The translations under genes were made by a program, and so were the position numbers. From Dimargaris cristalligena (taxonomy: Eukaryota), in assembly GCA_003614675.1 (NCBI GenBank), contig ML002324.1, positions 1-41,751 of the forward strand: a stretch of 41,751 nucleotides of DNA. Reading direction: 5' to 3'. Under the pieces are notes generated by a model, which ran no database searches, had not been told where the DNA came from, and saw only the letters and a program-made list of their open reading frames with translations. Below are positions 1 to 13,060 of this stretch, in pieces (position 1 is the first letter of the stretch; the number at the start of each line of letters is the position of its first letter).

Positions 1-2687
1 GCGGCGAAGTGGTCGTTACTAGCTGAACATAATGAATAGGAATGCCTCCCAAGGGAAGTTGGGGTAAAGGAATGTTCAGGATACTTACTATTCGTTATAG
101 AAGTGTATGAATACGCACAAATGGATAGGTGGTTTATACGATGCTAAATTTAGCCACCTAAAGCGGGCGATATGCAGCAACCGAGATTATATTTCCTGGA
201 TAATTTGCTCACACCAAGCTTATATGGATACTATACCATTACCCACTTGCGAGAGTTGACACACCCACACACACATGTTGGCTACATTTCCCAGACATTT
301 CGCCTGGCACTTGTCATCGGTTTGATTGTTCTGGCAATGCCAAATGCAAATCTTCGTCGAAGTGCCGAATAGCCACCAGTTCTACCTTAACAGCAAACAT
401 CGTTCGGGTGGTCAAAATGGCTTGTGATGGGACTTTCTTTCCAACCTGATCAGTTTTACTCCTCGAAAGGGCGGGATGAACGGTAGGACATGGCAGTCTC
501 AACCAATCCCTCACAGTGGTCAAAAGGGAAGAAATTTGTGGGGTTTACCTAATATTTACATGGCTGTATATCCATAATCTTGTTAGTGCGAAAATTGCTT
601 GTTGTTCCCCACTATGTTTTCCATGGATATATTGATATAACAAGGGAATGTCTAAGTAGGATTTTCGAAAACACAAATTTCGGATAGTATATCATCATAT
701 TCCCAGGTTACGTTGCCTTAGGTGTGTAATAAGATATATGGTGATATTACGGTATAGGAAAGATGGAGGGGGGCATGGGCCAGAAGACGTTGGTTAGATC
801 AAGAGGGGTCGCGTACACTTCTGGTTTAACCAGATATTATATTTGAATTGCGATGCCCTGCCACCCGTGGTGGCCCACTAACTCCAAATAACATTCATTT
901 AACGTTTACACCTGCCAAGGTACACCCAAGGCGACCTACCCACTCAAAATATGGGATACCTGCCATCGCAGATTGCTCAAACAAAATATTATGGAAACGC
1001 ATCATAGATAGATTGTTATTCCCCTGAAGGCGATGTGATAAGGAGAATGGGCGATAATACTACCAGCACTTTTCCTTTAGTCCAAAAGCACTGGGTAAAA
1101 TGACTCTACTTTCTTATTCAATTCCTAAAAATTGACTGTGACTTTTTGGAGTAGGAGGTGTCATGTGCGTCTAGTTCCCGCAAGTCGAACCCATTTCGCA
1201 CTTAAATCAGTCGCTTATAAGCCGCTCTCGGATCCGTAACACTATTAACGACCCCCCTAGTGCCTTTTCATTTCCTGCTGATTCTCCTGAGTCGTTATTC
1301 CGGTTATTGTTGTGATTATTACTATTTCTTTTGCAATACTGATGGTATTCGGAATTCTAGTATTTCCCATAGTGAGCTTCATATGGGCCTAACTAAGTTA
1401 CCCTCGCATTTCTTATGACAATATTTCTAATTCCGCCCTTTCTTCCGGGGCACGATGCTATTAGGTCTGAAAATTTTAAGGTATCGAAGTCTTGTAAAAT
1501 GAACTAAAGCAAGATACACATTTATACCTGATTAGATTACGAAGGTTTACTATAGAGATCCCCGCTCGGGGCCATGGGCGAATATATTGAATACTAAATA
1601 CAGGCAATCTTCTCATGTGTAATTCGTAACCAACATGATACATAGGCCCAGTCCACATACAGTCGGCTTGATCGCTGCCTATCTAATATATGTATTGGCC
1701 CTTTTTATTAATAACTAAAAAGTATATCAATTTCTTAACATGCTTTCTGTCAATATCTTAATTTGAGTATCCAGATGCGCGGGCTCTTGGGTCGAAGTAC
1801 ATAAACCACTTACCGTGTCTTGTATGTCCAAGCAGCTAAGTGTTATCCTTGGTCGGTATTGTACCTTATTAGGCGGAAGGGTAATAGCCCAATAGCATTT
1901 GCCTCCATTGCCCAGTCTGGTAAACCCTGGCTAGCAAGGCTGGTGCATAACTGACGTGTAGTTCCCGGATATAGCAGGTACCATAGTGCGAGCGTGGTGG
2001 GTTGGGGATGAGATAGAGCTGCGGAGTGAACCACCCTTGTGACCTGGCCTGGCTTTATCTGGTCGGTGACTGTAGGGCGGGGCTTAAGGGATTTATAGCC
2101 CACCATCATCGTCACCCGCCTCAGCCTGCGGAGGGAAGCACTGCACCAGTCAAGGATGGCGTCAACCATGTCGGGTGTATATTGTGGTGACCAAACAATC
2201 TGCGGTAGCATTTAACAACTAGTTTATACGCGATCGCCCTGTCGTTGTATGCTATCTCAAATAGGCCCTAATAAGAAACCCTAGATAAAGAGGCCAACTA
2301 CCACCGTTGGCGGGCATAATGCGTGCATGGTACTTTCTGCCAGCTGGTCTTTAATAGAAGGTATATTATTCTGGGCCAGGGAGAGAAAACCATTATAAAC
2401 ATTTCTGGATATTCGTGGGTATATGCGGTCAAATACCGCCCCGCCTTTGAATCGCCCGGATTGGTCCGCTAGGGCATATATTCTTTGTTTAGCTCCCTCC
2501 CTCCACTTATTTAGCGGTCGCTATTCCCCTCACGTTGGTCTTGAGCCTATCCCATTCCCTTTACTTTAGTCCACTCTCCGCTCATTCCCTTCTCTACCCT
2601 ACTCTACTTTCCTCCATTTACACACTCCTTATTCCTTTATTGCGTCTCCTCGTGTTATCACTGCCCTCCTCGTCGACCTAAGTGCAC

Positions 2688-3737
2688 ATGTCCGCCGAGA
2701 CCAGTGTTCTGCTCGGACTACGGTTCAAAAAGGCGGCCAGGGAAATACAGTCCCTCACCGCTGCCTTTTCGCCAGCCGTTACCCTCGACCGCAAACTGCA
2801 CCTCTATGCGCTTTTCAAGCAGGCCACCGAGGGTGACTGTACTTCCTCTAAGCCGGCCTTTTTCTACGCCGTTGCTCGCACCCGCTGGGAAGCCTGGAAC
2901 GGGCTGCGTGGTCAAACCAAGGAACAGGCCCAGGTTCGGTATATCGACGTGACTCTTGAGGTAAGCATAATCGCCGTGGCTTGGTCTCTTCGGATTATTC
3001 CTTGATTTGATAACCATGGGGGAATTTGACTCTTCGCCATCTAGTGACTGTGGGACTTTTCACTGTAACCGTACCAGTATTAACGGCGGGGTGAGAGGGG
3101 ATCAAGGATCAGCCGGAAACTGCACCGAACTGGTCGTGGTGGGAGTGGATGGTAAAGCCATTGTTGTTGGTGCATAATAATAATAGCGGTCCGCCTGTTC
3201 CCCGCTCAGTGCACTTATTTGCCTGTTTATTTGGGTTCTCTAAAGAACGGCCGGGGGTTATGTAAGGCCTAATGTGCTTGGAGGGGAGGGTTGAAGCCCT
3301 GACAGATACCGTATTTCGATGTAGTAAATAGCATGTGTGAAGTATAGGGTGACCTGTCTTTTTCCCACCCAGCGGCCTCCGTCGCTAATTCACACTGGGC
3401 CATTGTGCTTGATCACTGTCTCATTTTTGCCTCTCTTGGAGGTGAGGTCCGAGTATCATACTGTGATCCGGCACATCTCCCCACCCTCCTGTCCCTGCTG
3501 ATTTATTGTAATGTCCGTCTTTGGGCCATTGTTCTCTTCCCACCGCAGATGGGCCACCTGCAGAATGAAGGAATATGCCTAGCCTTCCGGCCCTGCCGTT
3601 TAATAACCCCGAATACCCGACCATTCTCTCCACCTGTGCTTTGCTTGTTCCTAACTCCCCCTACTTCACCGGTCCGAATTTATTCTATTCATTGTCCAAC
3701 GCTGTAGTACGTCGAACAATTGTTTAATCGACTGTGA
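2688..3737 (+). CDS. Short ACBP isoform join(2688..2960,3708..3737), 100 aa, ending ...YIDVTLEYVEQLFNRL*
   Basis: Branch-like CTAAC at 3651-3655. The first AG downstream of it is TAG at 3705-3707. Phase-0 continuation TAC GTC GAA CAA TTG TTT AAT CGA CTG TGA gives a protein of normal stand-alone ACBP size. Confidence 0.55.
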
Positions 3738-6700
3738 CCGCTCTTCAATAATTTTCTTTTATTATCTATCAAACCATCAATATTATTGCTTCCTAGGTCC
3801 TCCACGACCTTTCCGATAGCGATCCCCGTCGTACTGCCATACCGGAACTTACTATTAAAGAAACTTCCGATACCTCAACTGAATCGATGCAGTACTCCAC
3901 CGTCAAGACATCTATTGCCGACGCCATGGCGAATATCACCGGGGGCGAGGGAGGCACGAACGCCGGCCTCAGTGACTCGGAGAGCTCTGGTGGCCGCAAG
4001 GATTTGATGGATGACCAGTCGTCCTCCGGCTCCACCCACAGTTCGCCGGTCCTTGTGACTGGCTCAGTGACTCCAGCGACTCAACTTATTCGTGCTTCAA
4101 CCTTCTCCTCCCCCCAATTACCCTCAGCCCGAACGTTCAGGTCTTCTCGTTCATCGCCGCGCCCGACCTTCTCGTCTATATCCCTGCCCATAACCTCAGT
4201 GACTACCGCCACTTTAACGGACTCGTTTGACCAAAAACGAGCTCACTCGGTGAGTGCCTCCGTCGTGACAAGCTCGACCCATTGGGAGCTGCAGTCCGAT
4301 TTTACTGGGCATTCCGAGGCACATGTCAATGAGATGGACCGCATGGTACCCGCTCCAGGTTCAACCTCGATGGACAGCAAAATGGACCGGCCAAGCCTCC
4401 CGGCGTTTTACGGAAGCCAACCCTTCTCCGGAAACCCCACCACCATTCTTCCGGTTAGTTCGGTTATTAACACCACCGAAATTACCGAAGTGAATGTCAC
4501 TGCTTCTCGCCCTGTTGGCCCTGCCTTCGGTTTCAGCGAATCAGTTGGTTTCAATGTCTCTGCGTCACTCCCGGTGACTAACACCACCGAAGTAACCGAA
4601 ATAAATATCACTGCACCAGCCCTGGTGAGCCCCACCGTCGGCTTCAGTGAATCCATCGGAATCAATATCAACTCCTCCGATTTCATTCATTCACACACCA
4701 ATAAAACTGAAGCCGCCGAAGCGAATATCTCAACCTCGCATTCAACCGACTCGGCCATTAGCACCAAGGCCCCGGTATCCTTCTCGGTTAGTCCGATCAC
4801 CGACCTTACCGATACCGTTGGGGTAAATATATCGGTCCCCTTCCCGGTCAGTTCCGCTATTGGCTTCTTGGAAACCCTGGCGAGCAATGTAGTTAACCGT
4901 TTCCCGGGTACTTCAAGCTCTAAGTCAACCGTGGAGAGTGAGACGAGCGAGGCAAATCTCGTTACCACCCATAGCTACGCCTCGGTTGTGAGTAACCAGA
5001 CTGGCCAAGCCGAAGTGTATATCCCTACTGTCGTGCGGGTCAGTGAATCGGCGATCACCCACACTGGCCAAACCGTTACGGACTCGATCATTCCTGTGAG
5101 CCTTGATGCGGCCATTGGATTCGGCGAAGCTGTCAAAACAAATATGAGCACTCTCGCCCAAGTCGGTGGCGCAATCATTGCCGAAACTGGCGCCGCCTAT
5201 ATTAGTGCTGCGACCCCCTATTTAGTTGACCAGTCTACTAGCAATATGCAGGCATCGCAAATTACCGTTGATGTCCCCTATCCCATTGGATCGATTGCCA
5301 GCATCGGTGGGGCCACAGACATGCATACTTCTACATCCTCGCATGTCAGGGATTCTTTCACTAGCCAAATCGAGGCTACTAATACCAATACCATGGCTTC
5401 GTATTCCACTAGCGCAATTGCAAGCGTTTCACAAGCATCGGAGGTCAGCGTCGATGCTCCCTATCAAATTGGCACTATTATCGATATTAGCGGGGCCACG
5501 GACATGCACACTTCTACGTCCTCTCATTTCAGGGACTCGGTCACTAGCCAAACCGGGATTACCAATATCAACATCACGGCACCGCATTCCACTTCCCATA
5601 CCATTAGCGAAACGCACGTGTCCGAGAATTATATCTCGGCTCCCTATCGAATCGGCACGCTTATCGGCGTCGGCGGATCCACTGATATGAAATACACTTC
5701 AGCATCGCGAGTCGGTGGTTCCCTTGTTACCGAGACCAATATTTCTAGTGACAATTCCACAGTCCCGTTTTCCACTCATCAGATTACAGGCGAAACACAG
5801 GGGTCTGAAATTAACGTCACAGCCCCCTATCGAATCGGTACAGTTGTTAACGTCGGCGGTGCCGCAGTTGTGGATACACATATGACTTCGCATATCAGGG
5901 ACTCGACCACTAGTCATACCGAAGAAGATGGCATCCACATTACCGCCCCGCACTCCACTATCCATTTTACAAATGATACACGCGTGTCAGAAACTGGCGT
6001 TGATATCCCCTATCGAATTGGCACAGTTATTGGTGTTGGTGGAGCTACGGACATGTACACTTCTACGATCTTGCATGCTACGGATTCGGTCACTAGCGAA
6101 ACCAAAATTATCAACATCAATCCCATGTCACCGCATTCCACCAGCCGGGTCACTAGCGAAACGCAAATAGCCGAAATTAATGACACGGCCCCCTATCGAG
6201 CTGGCGCGGTTGTCAGAGTCGGCGGCTCTACAGATATAAGTTACGCTTCATCCTCACACGCCAGCGGGTCGGTTATTCCGGACACCAATACTTCTGGAGT
6301 CAATATCACGGCCCCCCATCGAATTGGTACGGTGTTCAGTACTGGCGGTGCCACGGACATGCACACTTTGACGTCCTCTCATGCCAGGGACTCGATCACT
6401 AACCAAATCCAGAATACCAATCTCAATATTACGGCACCATACACTATTGGTCAGGCCACCGATGATACAAGGGTTTCGACAATCAGTGTCGATGTTCCCT
6501 ATCGGATCGGTACGGTTGTCGGCATCGGTGGAGCCAAGGAAATGGGTTACTCTTCAACTTCGTATATCAGCGGATCGGCTATTACCGAAACTGGTATTTC
6601 TGGTATTAATATCACGAGTCCGTATTCCCCCGGCCAGTCTGCCAGCGATTCCCGGATTTCGACAATCAGTGTTGATGGGCCCTATCGAGTTGGCACAGTT

Positions 6701-9700
6701 ACCGGAATAGGCGCTGCGAAAGACATGGGGTATATCTCGGCCTCGCATGCCACAAACTCGACCACTAGCCAAACCGAAGTTACCCATAAAAATACAACAT
6801 CATCGTATTCCGCTGGTCATATCTCAAGCAATACGCAAGGGTTGGAGATTGATATCACAGCCCCGTATCGGATCGGCACGGTCGTCGGTATTGATGGATC
6901 GGCTATTGCCGAAACTGGGGTTGCTATTACCAATACCACTGCCTCGTATTCCACTGACCAGACCACCAGTAATGCACGAGTGTCCGGGATAGGCATCGAC
7001 ATTCCCTATCGAGTTGGCACAGTTGCCAGTATTAGTGGAGCGAAGGATATGGGGTATATTTCGGCCTCACATGTCAGCGGGTCGGCTATTACCGACACTA
7101 ATACTTCTGGAGTCAATATCACGACCCCCTATCGAATTGGTACGGTTGCAGGTGCTGGTGGTGTAACGCACATGGATGCCACTGCGCCCTCTCATATCAG
7201 CGGATCAGCTATTACCGAAACCGGGGTTGCTAGTGTCAATACCACAACCCCGTATTCCACCAGTCAAACCGCCAGCGATACCCTGGTGTCGGGGATCTGT
7301 ATTGAAGTGCCCTATCGAGTCGGCACAGTTACCGGGATTGGCGGAGCGAAAAACATAAGTTATATTTCATCCTCGCATACCAGCGGATCAGTTATTACCG
7401 AGGACGATATTCCTGGAAGCAATAGCACGACCCCCCATCGTATTGGTACAGTTATTGGCGTCGGCGGTACCGCGGGCATGGATCCCACTTCATCCTCGCA
7501 TGTCAGAGACTCGATCACCAGCCAAATCCAGAATACTGGTACCAATATTACGGCACCGTACTCCACCAGCCAGGCCCTTAACGAAAATCGCATATGGGGG
7601 GTTAGCATCGATGCCCCTTATCGGATCGGCACGGTTATTGGTGTTGGCGGAGTCACTTATACAGATACCAGTACATCTTCACATATCAGGGACTCGATTA
7701 CAGGCCAAACCACTGCCACCAGTATCAGTATCACGGCACCGTACTCCTCCAGTCAGATAGCCAGCGAAACACATGTGTCAGAAATTAATTTTGATGCACC
7801 CTATCGAATTGGCACGGTCACCGGTATTGGCGGGACCACGTACACAGATACTAGTATGTCTTCACATATCAAGGACTCGATTACAGGCCAAACCGAGATT
7901 ATCAATGTTGATATCACAGCTCCGTATTCTATTGGCACGGATACCAGCGGTACATGGGTGCCGGGTATTGGTGTCGCTACCCCCAATCGGGCCGAATCAT
8001 CTTTGAGTCAAACTGACATCACTTTGGTCAGCTCTTCGGTTTCCACGACTGGTGGCCCGGCCTTTAGCATTGGTGGCAGTGCTGAGCTGAATATGGGCAC
8101 CTCCCGACCCTTAGGCCCGACCACTAGTCAGGCTGAAATTACTTCGGTAGCCGTATTGTCACCCACACCCTGTGGCCTGAGAATCCACGGTTACGGAAAT
8201 TCAGGAGCACACGTAAAGGATTCCCGCCCAGTAGGGTCGGTCAGCGGTCAAACCGAAACTATATCGGTGACTACCCATGGTCCTAAGCCCTGCGGTCCAG
8301 GCATCATTATCGGAGGCGACGTGAGATTTGATGTCGGATCTACTCACACGACGAGTTCCGTCGCTGACCAAACAGATATTACATATTTCAGTAGTTCGAC
8401 TCCCAAGCCCTGCGGTTCGGGTGTCATCATCGGAGGCGATATCAGATTCGGGACGGGAATTTCTCACTCCACGGGCTCCATTACAAACCAAACAGGTATC
8501 ATATCTGTGGGCGTTTCGACTTCTAAGCCCTGCGGCCTAGATCCCATTGTCGGGGACGATGTAAAATTCGGGGTTGGACATGCCCACTCGACGGGCTCCA
8601 TTATCAGTAAGACAGATACCATATCTATGGATATTTCAACCCCTGGGCCTGGAGGTTTTGGCGTTAGTGTCCATAGCAACGCTGGATTGAATAGTGACGG
8701 TCGTTACAATACAGGTTACGTACCCGGACCGACCAAAATCACCGTGGTTGATGCCTCACACCCCAAACCTACTCTCCCGCCTCGCCACTTCGGCGGATAC
8801 TCCGAAACCGAGTTGGACAACACCCACACGGTCGGGTTTATCACGAGCCATGGTGGAATTACGACGGCTACTGCTCCAAAATTCACTCCGTATAACCCAG
8901 GCCAGAGTGTATATGGCAGTGTAGGTGTAAATCCTGGCAGTTCGTATACCACGAGTTCAACCTTCTCCCAAACCGAGATTACGTCAATTAGCGCTGTGGC
9001 ACCAAGCCCATGTGGCCCGGATATTGCTGTTGCCGGAAACGCCGGTGCGAGTCTTGGTAATTCCCACGCTGCGGGATCCGTCACTAGCCAGACCAAGACT
9101 ACTTTAGTAGATAGCTTAAATTCCAAGCCTTGTGATCCAAAATTTGGCATTGGCGGCAGTGTGGATATTAATATTGGCAATACTAATTCGTCGAGTTCCG
9201 TTGTCAACCAGACAAGGACCACTTCGACGCACATTTCGACACCCAAGCATTGTGGACCGGGTTATAGTGCCGGCGGGGGTACGGGGCTGGATACTGGAAG
9301 TCCTCGTCCAGCTGGTATCATTGTTGGCCAAACCGAAATCACAACAATCAGTACGTCACCCTCCAAGCCGTGTGGCCCGAGTGTCGGTGCTGGTGCCCAC
9401 ATTGGATTGACCGGCAACGTTACTTACCCCAAGAGTTTGATCACTGGGCAGACCACCACTACTTCGGCCAATATCTCAACACCTCAAACCTGTGGGCCAC
9501 CTCGCCAATCTAGTGGGTACTTTTATTCGGGGACTGGAAAGCAGATTTCAATGGACTCGTCCGTAACGCAAACCGAGATTACTACGGTGAATATTGCTAC
9601 ACCCAAACCCAGTGGCCCAGGTTTTAATGCCAGCGGAAGTATCGGACTGAATACCGGGGGCACTCACAAAGCTGGATCCACCGCCACCCAAACCAAAATC

Positions 9701-12700
9701 AATACCGTTGGGGTCTCTAATCCCATATCTAGTCAGCCAGGAATTATTGGTGTTGGTGGTGGTAGCGGAGTAAACGTGGGTAGTCCTCACCCTACCCATT
9801 CGACGGTCAGCGAGGTTGGTATTACATTAATAGAAGCAACTGTGCCCATGCCATGCGGCCCGAAAACCAACGCAAGTGGACACATGCCCAGGGTTAGTTC
9901 TACCACACACTCCAATCGCCCGGCTATCCCTCACACCGACATGAGTACTGTGAGTGCTACTAACCCGGTACCTGGTGGTTTTGCCCTCGGTATTAGTGGA
10001 AATGCTGGCTTTAATTCCGGTAACTCCCATGCCGCTAACTCGGTTGGAAATCAGACGAGTTATTTTGATATTGGGGCCACCACTCCTATGCCCTGTGGAT
10101 CTAGTACGGGCTATAGTGGAAATGGTGGTGGAATAGTCGGGAACTCCCACCATACCCATTCGACCACAATTCAATATGGATTGGATACCATGGATATGCC
10201 TGCTCCCATGCCGTACAACTCAAGCCATGGAGTCGTCGCTCACATCCCTTTGGATGACAGTAACCTTCCCCCCGCTGGCACTGGCACTGGCGCCAGCCAA
10301 GCCGGCCAGATAGGGACTGGTACATCCGGTACTATACATGGTGGTCAAAATATTGGGTTCGGCAGTCATACAGAGCTGTATGGCAGAGCTCCACACCCTA
10401 ATGCACCAAACGCCGGTCCAAGCAGGTTGCCTCAAGGGAATTATACTCCGACCCATATGACAGCTGGCCCGAAGGTTGGCTTTGTCGAATACAGCGACGG
10501 GTACGTGCCTATGCCGACCCCTAGTCACCCCAATATCGGATTCAACGCCAATGTTAGCGGCGAAAGTACTACATCTCGGCCAGATACCCAAGATGCTAGT
10601 TATTCTGGCCATGTCAACACTACTATTTCGGCTAATATGCCCTGTGGTCCATCCATTGGATTTTCCGGGCAAACCAGTACAACCTCCAGTGTTTCGTATC
10701 CTCCCCTCATTACCGCCGGCCAACCTGGGCCTGCTGGCGTGCAAGTGTCGATGCCCATGCCCAAGACTGGCGAGTCGACTATCTACATCGATGGCCACAT
10801 TGAATCGAGCAGTGGCGGCTTCCACCCTGGTCGCACGGTTATCGGCCAAGCCGGTATCCCTACGTCTGATGTTCTCGGCCCCACCCCCTATAGTCAGACC
10901 ATCGGGTTCAGCGGGCAAGTCACCACATGCGACAGCACTTTGCGACCCATTTATCCGACCTCTGGCGTATCCGGTACCACCGGGGTGAACATATCTGCCA
11001 CCACTCCCTGTGGCCCATCCACCGGTTTCAACCAAACCTCGGGAATGAATAGCTGGACTTCTCATACTGTAGGCTCCTCTGTTAATCAGATTGAAGTCGC
11101 TGGTGTGAACGTTTCAAGTATGTCTAGTGGCTCCACCACCCTTGGCTTTAGCAGTCACACTGGTATGAATACCACTACACCACGCCCTGCTCACCCAACC
11201 TTAAACCGAGTCCCTCATTCCGAATATATTCCGGCCTTCCCTATCCTCTCGGGCCAGAACCTCGGTCTTGGTGGACAATGGGATATAAATGTTACGACAC
11301 CTCGCCCACCCCACCTCGCCGTTAGCCAAACGCACATTCCCGACCCGAGAGGGCCTATGCCTAGCTCAGGTGGAACAAACATTAATCTCAGCGGTTACGC
11401 CGGGGCGAGTACCGGGGGCCACCATTCCGTACAACCGATGGTCTCCCAGACTGAGATTACTACCGTGAACATTTCGACACCAAGCCCACATGGACTCATC
11501 CGCCAAGACAAGACCCGCATCAATGTGAGTGGTGGCACCCCCCACCCCACTGTCTATCAAACCAACACCTCTGGTATCAACGTAGGCGCGACTATGCCCA
11601 GTGGTCCTGGTCCAAACTGGAGTGGCCAGACCAATACAACCATTGGGGGAACTCATACCGTTCAACCAGCTTTTAGCCAGGCCGGAGCTTCCACGTTGAA
11701 TATCCCAGTCCCAGTCCCCGTACCGCAGGGCCCGGGCTTCACCCACAGCGGAAGCATCGAGATTAGAGATAACACTTCCCAGGCAAGCGTCAATTTAGCT
11801 ACGCCTATACCATACGGCCCTAACCACGGTTCTGGCGGACATGTTGGAGTAAGTGGCAGTGTACCTCTTCCCGGTTCCATATATACCAACCAGACCAACT
11901 CTACGACCGTTAACGTGACTACCCCCCAGGCATGTGGCTCGAGTACGGGACTCGGTGGACATTCAGGGGTGAGTGTTGGAGCTACTCGACCTGGGCATCC
12001 AACCACTGTTCACACTGATATTACATTAGTTAGCGGGACGACTCCTACATCAAATGGCCCGACCGTTAGTATCAGTGGTTCTTCTGGAGCAACTGGCCAT
12101 ATTCCACCCCATGGCGGACCCGCCATCGTACCACCGGGGTATATAGCCGTGGCAGCGCCTTCAAATACCCCATGTGGTCCGCCTCGCGACTTCGGTAATC
12201 ACGGTGGCATGACCGGGACAGTTCCCCAACCTGGTAACCCAGTTACGTATCAAAATACCCATGGTAGTGGTGGTGGCCCTATCCCCGGCCCCTATGGGCC
12301 AGTCCATGGCCCCAACGGACATTTTGGCGCAAGTGGCAATGTTCCACATCCCAACCATCCAAATACCCACCATACGGACATTTCAGGCGTGCATATCATC
12401 AACACCACATCCAGCGGCTCGGGTGGTAACTTTGCTGGTCATGCCGGAGTGAACGCGACTACCGTCGGACCTGGTCGACCTGCTCCCAGCCATTCCCTTA
12501 ATGTTGGAGCTAATTGGCCCAACCCTATGGCTCCCGGTTTTAACGGACAAGCTGGCGTGGGTGTCGGGGGATCCCACCAGCAATTCCACTCAACAGCCAA
12601 TCAGGCTGGAGTGCCGGGTATCAGTATGGGTGCCCCTATGCCCCATGGTCCACCTTTCAGCCACGGTGGAGACGCTGGGGTAAATATATCTGCACCAGGT

Positions 12701-13060
12701 CTCCCTCCCCAATATTTTTCCACGACCGTAGAAGCTAGTATGGCGTCTGAGGCGGAACATACCATAGAGCTACTACAGACCCAGATGATGGCGCTCAACG
12801 AGCGAATTGAAATGCTCCGACACGATGCCCACGAGCGAAACAACCGGATCGTACGTCGTATATCCACTTTACGGGTCATTTTGAAAGCCAACTTCAGCCG
12901 CTTTGTGGTTGGCATGATTATACTGGCGCTTGTCATACTATTCCCGTACTGGCGGCGAAAGCGTTGGGTCAACCTGTCGCTGGGTAAGATTCGGGGATTT
13001 ATACCGTTCCTGCTCAACTATTTCATGGGTAAGTTCCTAGACACAGTCGTGTTTTTTTAA
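2688..13060 (+). CDS. Giant ACBP-domain tail-anchored protein (Atg37/ACBD5-like architecture), long isoform join(2688..2960,3797..13060), about 3,178 aa
   Basis: Exon 1 encodes an ACBP domain (KLHLYALFKQATEGDC...KPAFFYAVARTRWEAWNGLRGQTKEQAQVRYI) and ends GAG|GTAAGC in phase 0. The acceptor CCTAG at 3792-3796 opens in phase 0 into the frame of the 3887..13060 ORF (VLHDLSDSDPRRT...ESMQYST). The C-terminus has a coiled-coil-like segment (EHTIELLQTQMMALNERIEMLR), a hydrophobic helix (FVVGMIILALVILFPY) and a basic cluster (WRRKR). Confidence 0.75.
4445..12700 (+). repeat. Coding tandem-repeat array, roughly 60 degenerate units of 40, 41 or 61 aa, rich in Ser/Thr/Gly/Pro/Ile
   Basis: PYRIG-type anchors at 5276, 5459, 5642, 5825, 6008, 6191, 6314, 6497, 6680, 6863, 7004, 7127, 7310, 7433, 7616, 7799, 7922 (spacings 183 or 123 nt, one of 141). 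A PCG-type anchor position (motif degenerate in some units) recurs at an exact 120-nt period from 8168 to 9728 and continues with small indels to about 12650. Confidence 0.92.

Noticed and set aside
1170-1240. tRNA-like words on the minus strand (GGGTTCGAC, CTGATTTAAG)
   Set aside because: No T-stem or acceptor-stem pairing.
3708-3733. Micro-exon with GTGACC donor spliced onward to 3797
   Set aside because: Weak donor, and phase 2 would enter a frame that stops at 4007.
5276-9728. Regularly spaced DNA repeats as a CRISPR array or satellite
   Set aside because: Periods are multiples of 3, degenerate at codon level, and lie inside an uninterrupted eukaryotic ORF; no cas genes.
4408-13017. Many antisense and alternative-frame ORFs inside the giant exon, including 10220..11065
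   Set aside because: Expected shadows of a long, biased, repetitive coding frame; no independent domain signal.
3887-13060. Giant ORF as a secreted mucin/adhesin starting at ATG 3887
   Set aside because: No signal peptide, the frame is open back to a splice acceptor in phase with the ACBP exon, and the C-terminus looks like a tail anchor.
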